A stretch of DNA of 64,000 bases from an uncultured Candidatus Saccharibacteria bacterium (GTDB lineage: Bacteria; Patescibacteriota; Doudnabacteria; UBA920): the NCBI GenBank assembly GCA_964434195.1, contig CAYSUI010000004.1, positions 4,245 through 68,244 of the forward strand, in the 5' to 3' direction. Under the pieces are notes generated by a model, which did not search any database, was not told the origin of the DNA, and saw nothing but the letters and a program-made list of their open reading frames with translations. A program made the position numbers and the translations under genes. Position 1 is the stretch's first letter. Each line of letters opens with the position of its first letter. Of this stretch, positions 35,945-44,263 are shown one piece after another.

Positions 35945-37702
35945 TTGACAAAAAATCAAAAAATTGCATTCCTTCTGATACTTTTTCTGGCTATTTTTTT
36001 CAGAACTTTTCAACTAATCAAGTACGAAAAGTCTCCTCTGAATCCTACTAGCACAAAAACAATTCAGGCAGATATGCCTGGCGGTCTATTTCCTGACGAA
36101 GCAGCAAATGGTTTAGATATTATCTCAATGGAACAAGGCCAATTACAGCCTTTCTACGAGCGAGGAAACGGACGAGAAGCACTTTTTTTCTACATGATAT
36201 GGGCTATGGTAAAAATATTTGGGTTTGGTGTTTGGCAACACCACCTTACATCAGCCCTGATCGGTATCATAGCTTGTATTGGAACATTCTTCCTTTCTAG
36301 GGTTTTATTTAATTTATATGAGGATAAAAACAAAAGCACTAACATTGCCCTGCTTAGTTTTTTTCTAATCTCAACTAGCTCATGGCACACTGTGCTTTCA
36401 AGAACAGCATTCAGGGCTAATCTCATTCCCCTCTTTGCAACTTTTACTTTTTATTTCCTAATTAAAAGCTGGAATTCAGAAACTCTTAAGAAAAAACTAA
36501 TTTACTCAACTCTACTAGGCGCTACTTTTGCCTTAGGTTTCTACACCTATATCGCTTACCGAATTCTTGTACCAATTCTATTCTTTGCCGTACTCTGGCC
36601 CCTTTTAAATTATTTTTGGCATAACAGAAAACTTTCAGCAATCAAATTTGATTGGATAAAACAACTAAGCTTAGCGATTATTGCATTTATTATCTTTATA
36701 TTTCCACTCGCCCATTATTTTTACACCCATCCAGGTAGTTTTATTGGAAGAAGCGGACAAGTCAGTGTTTTTAATCCCGAACTCAACAATGGTAATCTTA
36801 TAGGTACCGTACTTGAAGTTGGTAAAGAAAGCTTTCTCGCTTATTTTACCAATGGAGACCTTAATTACAGACACAACGTCTCAGGTCAACCTTTCCTGTC
36901 CCCGCTAGTTTCTCCTTTTTTTGCATTCGGTCTAATAACTTCCCTACTCTTAGCCTTATATTATTTCTTTAGACCGGAAAAATATAAAATTTATTGGCCA
37001 CACTTTCTAATGATAGGCTGGTTCTTTGGAATGCTTATACCTGTAATAACCACTGCCGAAGGTATTCCGCACGGCCTACGAAGTATCGGGACTATTCCAG
37101 CCGTATTTATTATTTCGGCTTTTGGAATTATCCAAGTGACAGAAATTATAAAAAAACTCATAAGATACAAACTTGAGCTTTTACAAGGTTATGCCAAAAG
37201 CCTGAGTATCTATAAAGGCGAACCTGTTAGATGGTGGGTATGCAAATCTTTCGGCATCATACTTGCTTCACTTTTCTTTATTGGAGTTCCATTAGAAACA
37301 TATTCAAACTACTTCGTAATCGCTTATAACGATCCATCAAATTTTTATTCATTCAGATCTGACCTTACAGTAGTTTCTGATTACCTTAAAATATACGGTG
37401 ACAAAAAAACTACTTACTTAGTCCTTGATAAATTTTCAGTACAGACTCCCGACTACCTTACCGTAGTAGATCCGAAAAACTTAGAGTCCAATCCAAAAAA
37501 TCGACCCTATACACAAGTAGACCCAGAGCAAATACAGAATCTCGAAAAACTCCACACCATTAAAACTGGTGACCAAATAGTATTTACACAATCAAGTATC
37601 TACGATATAAAACGCTTCAAAGAAGCCTACCCTAATTATCGACTCACCTACGAGCAAAGGAATAAATTCGGACAAGCGGTAATAGCAGTTTATGTTAAAT
37701 AA
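35945..37702 (+). CDS. GT-C fold glycosyltransferase (ArnT / PMT family 39-like)
   Basis: 585 aa, ~12 TM. The N-terminal loop PDEAANGL..., Arg/Trp-rich periplasmic loops and a soluble C-terminal domain match the ArnT/PMT_2 pattern. Confidence 0.55.
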   Translation: MTKNQKIAFLLILFLAIFFRTFQLIKYEKSPLNPTSTKTIQADMPGGLFPDEAANGLDIISMEQGQLQPFYERGNGREALFFYMIWAMVKIFGFGVWQHHLTSALIGIIACIGTFFLSRVLFNLYEDKNKSTNIALLSFFLISTSSWHTVLSRTAFRANLIPLFATFTFYFLIKSWNSETLKKKLIYSTLLGATFALGFYTYIAYRILVPILFFAVLWPLLNYFWHNRKLSAIKFDWIKQLSLAIIAFIIFIFPLAHYFYTHPGSFIGRSGQVSVFNPELNNGNLIGTVLEVGKESFLAYFTNGDLNYRHNVSGQPFLSPLVSPFFAFGLITSLLLALYYFFRPEKYKIYWPHFLMIGWFFGMLIPVITTAEGIPHGLRSIGTIPAVFIISAFGIIQVTEIIKKLIRYKLELLQGYAKSLSIYKGEPVRWWVCKSFGIILASLFFIGVPLETYSNYFVIAYNDPSNFYSFRSDLTVVSDYLKIYGDKKTTYLVLDKFSVQTPDYLTVVDPKNLESNPKNRPYTQVDPEQIQNLEKLHTIKTGDQIVFTQSSIYDIKRFKEAYPNYRLTYEQRNKFGQAVIAVYVK

Positions 37703-37720
37703 AAAATACCGTTTACACGG

Positions 37721-38047
37721 TTACACCTTTTCCACAAGCCTATTTTGAAATTCCACTAACTTACCAAACAGATCCTTATGTATCATAACGTGTTCAGGAT
37801 GAACACCGTTACCAAATACAACCCCCTCCTCAGATTCAGGTAAGTTGCACCGAATCGATAGTATCGACTGCAACTCTCTAATACACTGCTTCTTTAGCTT
37901 ATCGGAAACTCCATTGTTGGGTGAATTACCAAACCTTTCCAAGACACCAAAGGCTTCCAATTGGCTATAAACCAAATAAACTTGATTACCAACGAGAACC
38001 ATACCCTGACCCTGACAAGAGCACTCATAGTATCTGAATTCCATCAA
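37721..38047 (-). CDS. hypothetical small protein
   Basis: 108 aa with an N-terminal CSCQ motif. Lies between the two GT-C genes on the opposite strand. Confidence 0.35.
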   Translation of the reverse strand: MMEFRYYECSCQGQGMVLVGNQVYLVYSQLEAFGVLERFGNSPNNGVSDKLKKQCIRELQSILSIRCNLPESEEGVVFGNGVHPEHVMIHKDLFGKLVEFQNRLVEKV

Positions 38048-38117
38048 AAACCTCCTTTTTAGCTTTAAGACCTAATTTAGAATCAAACAATAAATAATAA
38101 TACCACACACCCAAGAT

Positions 38118-39683
38118 ATGAAAAAACACTTAGGTATAATATCTACCCTAACTGTTGGTTTAATAATCAGACTCATAAACCTAACAGGAATAAGCTTATG
38201 GCACGACGAGGCCTTCTCAGCACTTCTAATTAAATACTCATTCCCTGAGATGATTTACAGGATCGGATTAGACGTTCACCCTCCGATGTATTATATCTTT
38301 CTTCGTTTTTGGAGCTATGCTTTCGGAGATTCTTTGGGGTCACTCAGAGGATTTTCTGTTTTTTTTGGAGTAGCTCTAATTTTAGTTGTTTACCTCTTAG
38401 TCAAAGAAATTTTTGAAGAAAAAAGGTACGCTATTTTAGCAAGTGCCTTAACAGCCTTAAATCCATTCCAAATCGCTTACGTAACTGAAGCCAGAATGTA
38501 TACAATGGGTGCCTTCTTTGGGGTACTTTCCGCGCTCTTCCTAGTAAAAGCCTTAAAGCTCGAAACACTAAGATCTAAAAACAAGGGTCTAGAAAAAAAC
38601 GCTGGCAGAAGAATTCTCTATTATTTATCCTTTTCTGCTTCTATTAGCATAATTATCTTAACTCACTACTACTTATTATTTACTGCACTCGCGCTTCTTG
38701 GTTACGCATTCCTTTATACCGCATACCTATACAGACTTAAAATAAAAAACTACGCTTCCCTACTCCTGAGCTATATCTTTATTGTTTTAGCTTTTTCAGC
38801 ATACATACCAACCTTCATGTATCAATTCAGACAAGTTGGAGCTGGCTACTGGATCCCTCCTATAGATAGGTGGAGCATACCCAGCACTCTTTGGACCCTT
38901 GTTGTCGGCATTGGAATAGATATTAATAAATCCAGAAGCCAAATATTAGTTAGTATAATTACAATTCTAGTAATTTGGCTGATTTTCAATTACCTTAGAA
39001 AATACAATCAACCAGAGAAATGGTTAATTCTACTTTCTTTCTTAGCCCCTTTTATTGGAAGTTTATTATTTGCCCTACTCGCATACCTCAAAGGTTCAAG
39101 TAGCTCCGTATATTTAGTTAGATATTTTCTATACTCTTCGCCATTTCTTATTATCATGATGGTCGGAGCAGTCTATAAATTAAAATTAGATAAAGTAAAA
39201 TACACAATCCTAACCCTCTACGCAATTCTCTGCCTCTTCAGCGTTTACCATTTCTGGAACGAAACCAAAGTAATAGAAAGACCCGGTATGTCCGCGGCAG
39301 CAAAATACCTTAAGGCCAATGCAACAAAAGAGGATGTAATAATCATCGGCTCTAGCTTTGAATTCTTTAATTACAAATATTATAATTCACGACCTAATCT
39401 CAATACCGGCCTAACCCCAAAACTATACAGCGGAGGCACAAGAGATATTCGCCAACTCCCTCATTTTGCAGGGACCGCAATTCTAACCAACGAGGATTTA
39501 CTTCCCGAATTCAGCAGCTTAACAAAAGGAAAGACGGTCTGGTTACTTTGGACAAACGGCTTCGGAGGAAGTAAACCAGAAACCCCAGCAAACTTTGCTC
39601 AAGTAAACGAAGAAATTCATTATCCTGATATAAAACCCTATTTAGGTACAAATATCTACATCACTCAATATAAAATAAAATAA
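38118..39683 (+). CDS. GT-C fold glycosyltransferase (ArnT / PMT family 39-like), second paralog
   Basis: 521 aa, multi-pass. The N-terminal LWHDEAFSAL loop is typical of the PMT_2/ArnT family. Confidence 0.55.
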   Translation: MKKHLGIISTLTVGLIIRLINLTGISLWHDEAFSALLIKYSFPEMIYRIGLDVHPPMYYIFLRFWSYAFGDSLGSLRGFSVFFGVALILVVYLLVKEIFEEKRYAILASALTALNPFQIAYVTEARMYTMGAFFGVLSALFLVKALKLETLRSKNKGLEKNAGRRILYYLSFSASISIIILTHYYLLFTALALLGYAFLYTAYLYRLKIKNYASLLLSYIFIVLAFSAYIPTFMYQFRQVGAGYWIPPIDRWSIPSTLWTLVVGIGIDINKSRSQILVSIITILVIWLIFNYLRKYNQPEKWLILLSFLAPFIGSLLFALLAYLKGSSSSVYLVRYFLYSSPFLIIMMVGAVYKLKLDKVKYTILTLYAILCLFSVYHFWNETKVIERPGMSAAAKYLKANATKEDVIIIGSSFEFFNYKYYNSRPNLNTGLTPKLYSGGTRDIRQLPHFAGTAILTNEDLLPEFSSLTKGKTVWLLWTNGFGGSKPETPANFAQVNEEIHYPDIKPYLGTNIYITQYKIK

Positions 39684-39705
39684 CCCCGTAAGGGGTTATT
39701 TTATA
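39680..39705. terminator. bidirectional terminator (GT-C gene / pyrH)
   Basis: AACCCC-guaa-GGGGUU followed by a U-rich tract. It overlaps the stop codon. Confidence 0.55.
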
Positions 39706-40379
39706 ACTGTACCTTTATATTTTTTTCCAAGAATTATATTAGATAAATTCTTTAAATCATTACCGTTAGCAATAATTACATTTAAACTATTTTTACTAGC
39801 AAACTGAGAAGCTATAGGATCGAATGGTACATGAGCACCTGGTATCCATTTATTGCCTACTAATTTTATATAATCTTTCCAAGTAATCTCTTTAATTAGG
39901 TTTGCATCGGAATGCATATTGGGATCTTTATCATACAAATAGTCAATATTACTCAAATTAACTATATAATCTGAACCATACATCTTAGCAAGCCTTACAG
40001 CATCATCATCACTACTTCTCCCTGGCATCCAACCACCTGCTATTAAAAATTTCTCTTTGAAATTTATTTTCTTGTTTGGATCTATCACAATACTTGAATG
40101 AGCCTCAGCCCCTAAACTCAATCTTAAATACTCAGCATTTAACCTAGTAGCATAAATACCCATCCAATCCAAATAACTAGGATTAGTTATTCTTAATTTT
40201 CTTAATGAATGTTGGTATTGCCTACAAACTACACCTCCTCCGGTAATAATAACAAACCGGTTCCCCTGTTTTGCCTGCCTTTTTAAAAAAATCAATAACT
40301 TCTTTACAAATTCTGTATTTGGACCATTATCGCCTGAAAACAATGACCCACCAAGTGACAAAACAAATAATTTGTTCAT
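39696..40379 (-). CDS. pyrH: UMP kinase, archaeal-type short form
   Basis: 227 aa. Colinear with archaeal PyrH (LSLGGSLF, VIITGGGVVCRQY, IAGGWMPGRSSDDDAVRLA, VNLSNIDYLYDKDP), not the ~240-aa bacterial form with an Ala-rich N-terminus. Confidence 0.6.
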   Translation of the reverse strand: MNKLFVLSLGGSLFSGDNGPNTEFVKKLLIFLKRQAKQGNRFVIITGGGVVCRQYQHSLRKLRITNPSYLDWMGIYATRLNAEYLRLSLGAEAHSSIVIDPNKKINFKEKFLIAGGWMPGRSSDDDAVRLAKMYGSDYIVNLSNIDYLYDKDPNMHSDANLIKEITWKDYIKLVGNKWIPGAHVPFDPIASQFASKNSLNVIIANGNDLKNLSNIILGKKYKGTVIK

Positions 40380-40394
40380 ATTAATGCTAACTTA

Positions 40395-41549
40395 TTAATT
40401 TTCTCCTCTTACTTTCGTTTGGAGATGAGGGGGAAGACTATCTAAATTTTCGTTTATCTCACTTCCAGGTAAAGTCGGCACCTTTGGAGCCTCAACCTGA
40501 GCGCAGATAGACGTTAAATCACACAAAAATGCCCTATTCTCATATCGCATATCAATATAATAGAGCTGCTTGCGCTTGTCGAGAGGGCGTTTGTCTATAA
40601 CCAATTCCGCTCTTGCCATTATCTCAGGCAAGTTTGTTTTAGTATCAAGATAAATTTTAAACCCACCAGGGATCTTACTAGGATCAGAATCAACCCAGCG
40701 CGTATAAACAACAACCTCACCCGGCCCCAAATCTTCATTAATTAAAATAACTCTTGGGTCAGCACCAGTCGTCAATTCATCTTGAGATTTTGAATTAACC
40801 CCTTTAACCAAAAAATCAAAACTATTCCCAGACGGCGGGAAGTAAAGATTTTTTATCTTATTAATATTTTCAAATTCTGCATACTCAATGTCAGGCTTAC
40901 CTTCTTTTTCCGCCCCTTGCCACCATATCCTAATCTCAGAACCTGTATTCTCAAAAAAACTAGCCGGGTTCTCTGATAATTTTTTATAAAACTGTGAGTC
41001 ATCAAAATAAATATAAGTACCGGTTTTATTACCGACTAAAAATTTAGATTTACGAAAATCCGCATTAATTACCAACGTACGCGGAAAAACTTTTTTTAAC
41101 TCAACATTATTACGAACTTCTATTATATTTTCTAATAAAACTTTTCTTAAATCTTTCTTCCCTAAAACTAATAAATTACTCCGAGGAACACCTAAGTAAC
41201 CTCTTCCCTCTAAAAATTTCTGAACCTCAACTTTCACCCGCTCTCTCTCTGGTTCACTCCCTCCATTTATTTCAATTTTATCTATAGAAAAAAACGTTGA
41301 AAAATATAATAAATATAATGCAAAACAAGCTATAGCAAACAAAATAAAAATAGATACAAAACCAATAATTCCTATTTTTTGAACATACCTAAAAAAAGGT
41401 TTATCAGAAAGAACCCTGGTTTTCCTCTTATATCCCCTAGCCTCTATTAATTTCCCTGTAAATTCCCTAGTTTGGTATCTAACTTTAGTGTCTTTAACGT
41501 TTTTAGCTCTTAACAAATTCATAACCCCTCCAATTAATTCCTTAACCAC
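40395..41549 (-). CDS. ftsQ: cell division protein FtsQ/DivIB-like (TM + POTRA)
   Basis: A single TM helix and then FSIDKIEINGGSEPERERVKVEVQ...LVINADFRKSKFLV, resembling the POTRA domain. It overlaps the murF-like start by 16 nt. Confidence 0.5.
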   Translation of the reverse strand: MVKELIGGVMNLLRAKNVKDTKVRYQTREFTGKLIEARGYKRKTRVLSDKPFFRYVQKIGIIGFVSIFILFAIACFALYLLYFSTFFSIDKIEINGGSEPERERVKVEVQKFLEGRGYLGVPRSNLLVLGKKDLRKVLLENIIEVRNNVELKKVFPRTLVINADFRKSKFLVGNKTGTYIYFDDSQFYKKLSENPASFFENTGSEIRIWWQGAEKEGKPDIEYAEFENINKIKNLYFPPSGNSFDFLVKGVNSKSQDELTTGADPRVILINEDLGPGEVVVYTRWVDSDPSKIPGGFKIYLDTKTNLPEIMARAELVIDKRPLDKRKQLYYIDMRYENRAFLCDLTSICAQVEAPKVPTLPGSEINENLDSLPPHLQTKVRGEN

Positions 41550-42796
41550 TTCCCATACTGCCTACATAAAACATCACTCGCCACCACTTCGTCGGACAAC
41601 AATTCCTTAGAAATTTTCTCCATTCTCATTCCCTGAGAACCTTTAACCAAAATGATATCCTGCGCTGTTATTTCTTCTTGAAGAAAATAAATTGCACTGA
41701 AAATATCCCTGTATATCCTTACTTTCTCTTGTGGAAACCCTTTCTCCATTGCCCCCTGCGCAATAAGCTTTGCTCTTTCACCCACAGTGACCAGTATGTC
41801 TACATTTCCACCAATACTCATATGCCCAATTTCTTTATGCTTATCATCCGATATACTACCAAGCTCTAACATATCTCCCAGCACAGCAATCCTCCTTCTT
41901 GGAGAAAAACTAGATAACAGCTCTAACGCGGCTCTAACTGATACAGGGGAAGCATTATAGCTATCGTCTAACAACACAGAACCATTTTTGCCAGGTAGAG
42001 GATTCATCCTCCCGACTTCTGGGGTGTAATCCAATAGACTATCCTGAAGCGCAGACACGCTAATACCGCAAATCAACCCTACAGCCGCTGCTGCAGTAGT
42101 TGCTAATATATGCGCTTCTCCTATAGAAGGTATTTGTACAGAGAATTCATTATCGGCATATCCATACACAATAACTGTATGAACCTCTGGCTCAAGTACG
42201 GTTTTACTCGCCAAAACCCTAATATCGGCCAAAACAGCACGTCCATACGAGTATACTTTTGCCTTAGTTTTATTCTTCTGTCTACTGGCAATTAAATTAT
42301 CGGCATTGACAATTAAAACACCCTCACTACTCAAAGCCTCCGCAAGCTTACCCTTCTCAGTTTCTATACCTGTTGGACTCTCAAATTGCGCATAATGATT
42401 TTCGGCAATACTAGTAATAACCCCTATGTCAGGCTTAACAATATCCAATAAATTATCCATATCTCCCGGTTTATCTATTCCCATTTCTAAAACCAAAACT
42501 TTAGGAAAATCTACCGGGTATAGCCAAACAAATAGTCCTTTTAATAAAACAAATAACCAACCAAAAACATTTTTACCCTTAGGGTCCTCCCCTATTATAG
42601 TTAATGGTAAACCTAATTCATTATTGTAATTCTTATTACTCGAGCGCACACTCATACTAGAAGAGAGCACCAGTGAAATTGCTTTCCTGGCGCTTGTCTT
42701 ACCTACACTACCCGTTATTCCTACAACAATTGGTTTGTATTTTATTATTATCTTTTTGGCTATAAAAGATAGTAAATATTGTAATATTTGTTTCAT
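41534..42796 (-). CDS. murF: Mur ligase (MurF-like UDP-MurNAc-tripeptide--D-Ala-D-Ala ligase), N-terminal domain truncated
   Basis: P-loop VGITGSVGKTS at residue ~25. Central and C-terminal Mur ligase domains are present. The N-terminal domain is missing. Confidence 0.65.
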   Translation of the reverse strand: MKQILQYLLSFIAKKIIIKYKPIVVGITGSVGKTSARKAISLVLSSSMSVRSSNKNYNNELGLPLTIIGEDPKGKNVFGWLFVLLKGLFVWLYPVDFPKVLVLEMGIDKPGDMDNLLDIVKPDIGVITSIAENHYAQFESPTGIETEKGKLAEALSSEGVLIVNADNLIASRQKNKTKAKVYSYGRAVLADIRVLASKTVLEPEVHTVIVYGYADNEFSVQIPSIGEAHILATTAAAAVGLICGISVSALQDSLLDYTPEVGRMNPLPGKNGSVLLDDSYNASPVSVRAALELLSSFSPRRRIAVLGDMLELGSISDDKHKEIGHMSIGGNVDILVTVGERAKLIAQGAMEKGFPQEKVRIYRDIFSAIYFLQEEITAQDIILVKGSQGMRMEKISKELLSDEVVASDVLCRQYGKWLRN

Positions 42797-42815
42797 TTAA
42801 TCTCTTACTATTATA

Positions 42816-42880
42816 GCTCGATTGCAAATTTTGATTGCAGATTAGTCGATTTTCGAGCACTTCGACGGAAGGACTCCCTG
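42816..42880. repeat. dispersed intergenic repeat, partial copy E (left module only)
   Basis: GCTCGATTGCAAATTTTGATTGCAGATTAGTCGATTTTCGAGCAC is near-identical to the left module of copy C (GCTCGATTCCAAATTTTAAGAGCAGTTTCACCGATTTTCGAGTAC). Confidence 0.6.
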
Positions 42881-42893
42881 AATAGACATGCTA

Positions 42894-44249
42894 CTAATTT
42901 TTTGGTTTTATTACTTCGAATCCTGTCCATTTTCTAAGTACTTCGGGTACTATTACACTACCATCTTGTTGTTGATACGTTTCTAAAATTGGAATTAATA
43001 TTCTAGGACTAGCAACTGCTGTGTTATTAAGCGTATAAACATATCGTATTTTTCCTGAAGAATCCTTATATCGAATACCTAAACGTCTACTTTGCCAATC
43101 TGTTAAACTGCTATCACTATGCGTTTCACCATAACTTGCCCTAGAAGGCATCCAAGTCTCTATGTCATACATTTTATACTTTCCAGCACCCATATCTCCT
43201 GTGCACACATGTATTACACGATAAGGAAGTTTTAAATCCTGTAATATCTCTTCTGCAACCTCTCGTAAATTTTCCAACCACTGATCAGCCTCATTAATGT
43301 CTGCCTTACACAAAACAACCTGTTCAACTTTCTGGAATTCATGAATTCTGTAAATACCCCTTGTATCCTTACCATAACTCCCTACCTCGCTCCTAAAACA
43401 AGACGAAACACCCGCAAGTTTAATTGGCAAATCTTTTTCTTCTAGCACTTGATCCTGATAATACGCAAGTAAACTGGGCTCACTTGTCCCTGCTAAAAAA
43501 GTAGGCTCCTCTTCAGAAAACTTTCCATTCTTCACTGAGCCACTACTAGCTACCTGATAAATCTCATCTCTACCTGTTGGAAAATGTCCACTACCTAACA
43601 ATGCCGATTCTCTCACTAAAACAGGTGGCACCATCAAAGTGAACTCTCTCTTTCTCAATTTTTCCAATGCCAAACTTACCAATGCTTGCTGAATTAAGAC
43701 AGCCTCGTTTTTTAAATAATACCCCCTAAATCCAGATGTTTTTACACCAGCTTCAGTATCTATAATATCCAAACTCTTACCCAATTCCACATGGTCCTTT
43801 ATTGGGAAATTATATACAGAAGGTACTTTTGCAACATTTTCAGTATCTTTAGGATCTACAACCCCAAGAGGAGGTGACCAGTACTTCCATGGAATATTCT
43901 CTGCATCGCTTTTCCCAACTGGGGTTTCAGGAGCGGGAATATTTGGCACTAAATACATCAGATATTCAAACCTTTCAGTAACTGTTCTAAGTTTTTCTTT
44001 TAGCTCACTCTGCCTAAAGTCTACCTCTTTCATCTCAAGCAGCTTTACCTTCTTTTCCTCCGCAGACAAATTAGGTAACTCTTTAGAAACATTATTTTTT
44101 GTAGCTGCTAATTCTTCAACTTCTACTAGCAAAGTCCTTCTTTCAGAGTCTACATCCAATAATTCATCCAAACTCAAATCAACTCTTTTGTCGATTATTG
44201 CTTTCTTAACCTTCTCAACATTTTCACGAATATATTTTATATCAAGCAT
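42894..44249 (-). CDS. serS: serine--tRNA ligase
   Basis: N-terminal coiled-coil arm and class II motifs. Confidence 0.9.
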   Translation of the reverse strand: MLDIKYIRENVEKVKKAIIDKRVDLSLDELLDVDSERRTLLVEVEELAATKNNVSKELPNLSAEEKKVKLLEMKEVDFRQSELKEKLRTVTERFEYLMYLVPNIPAPETPVGKSDAENIPWKYWSPPLGVVDPKDTENVAKVPSVYNFPIKDHVELGKSLDIIDTEAGVKTSGFRGYYLKNEAVLIQQALVSLALEKLRKREFTLMVPPVLVRESALLGSGHFPTGRDEIYQVASSGSVKNGKFSEEEPTFLAGTSEPSLLAYYQDQVLEEKDLPIKLAGVSSCFRSEVGSYGKDTRGIYRIHEFQKVEQVVLCKADINEADQWLENLREVAEEILQDLKLPYRVIHVCTGDMGAGKYKMYDIETWMPSRASYGETHSDSSLTDWQSRRLGIRYKDSSGKIRYVYTLNNTAVASPRILIPILETYQQQDGSVIVPEVLRKWTGFEVIKPKN

Positions 44250-44263
44250 ATTTTTATAGGTAA

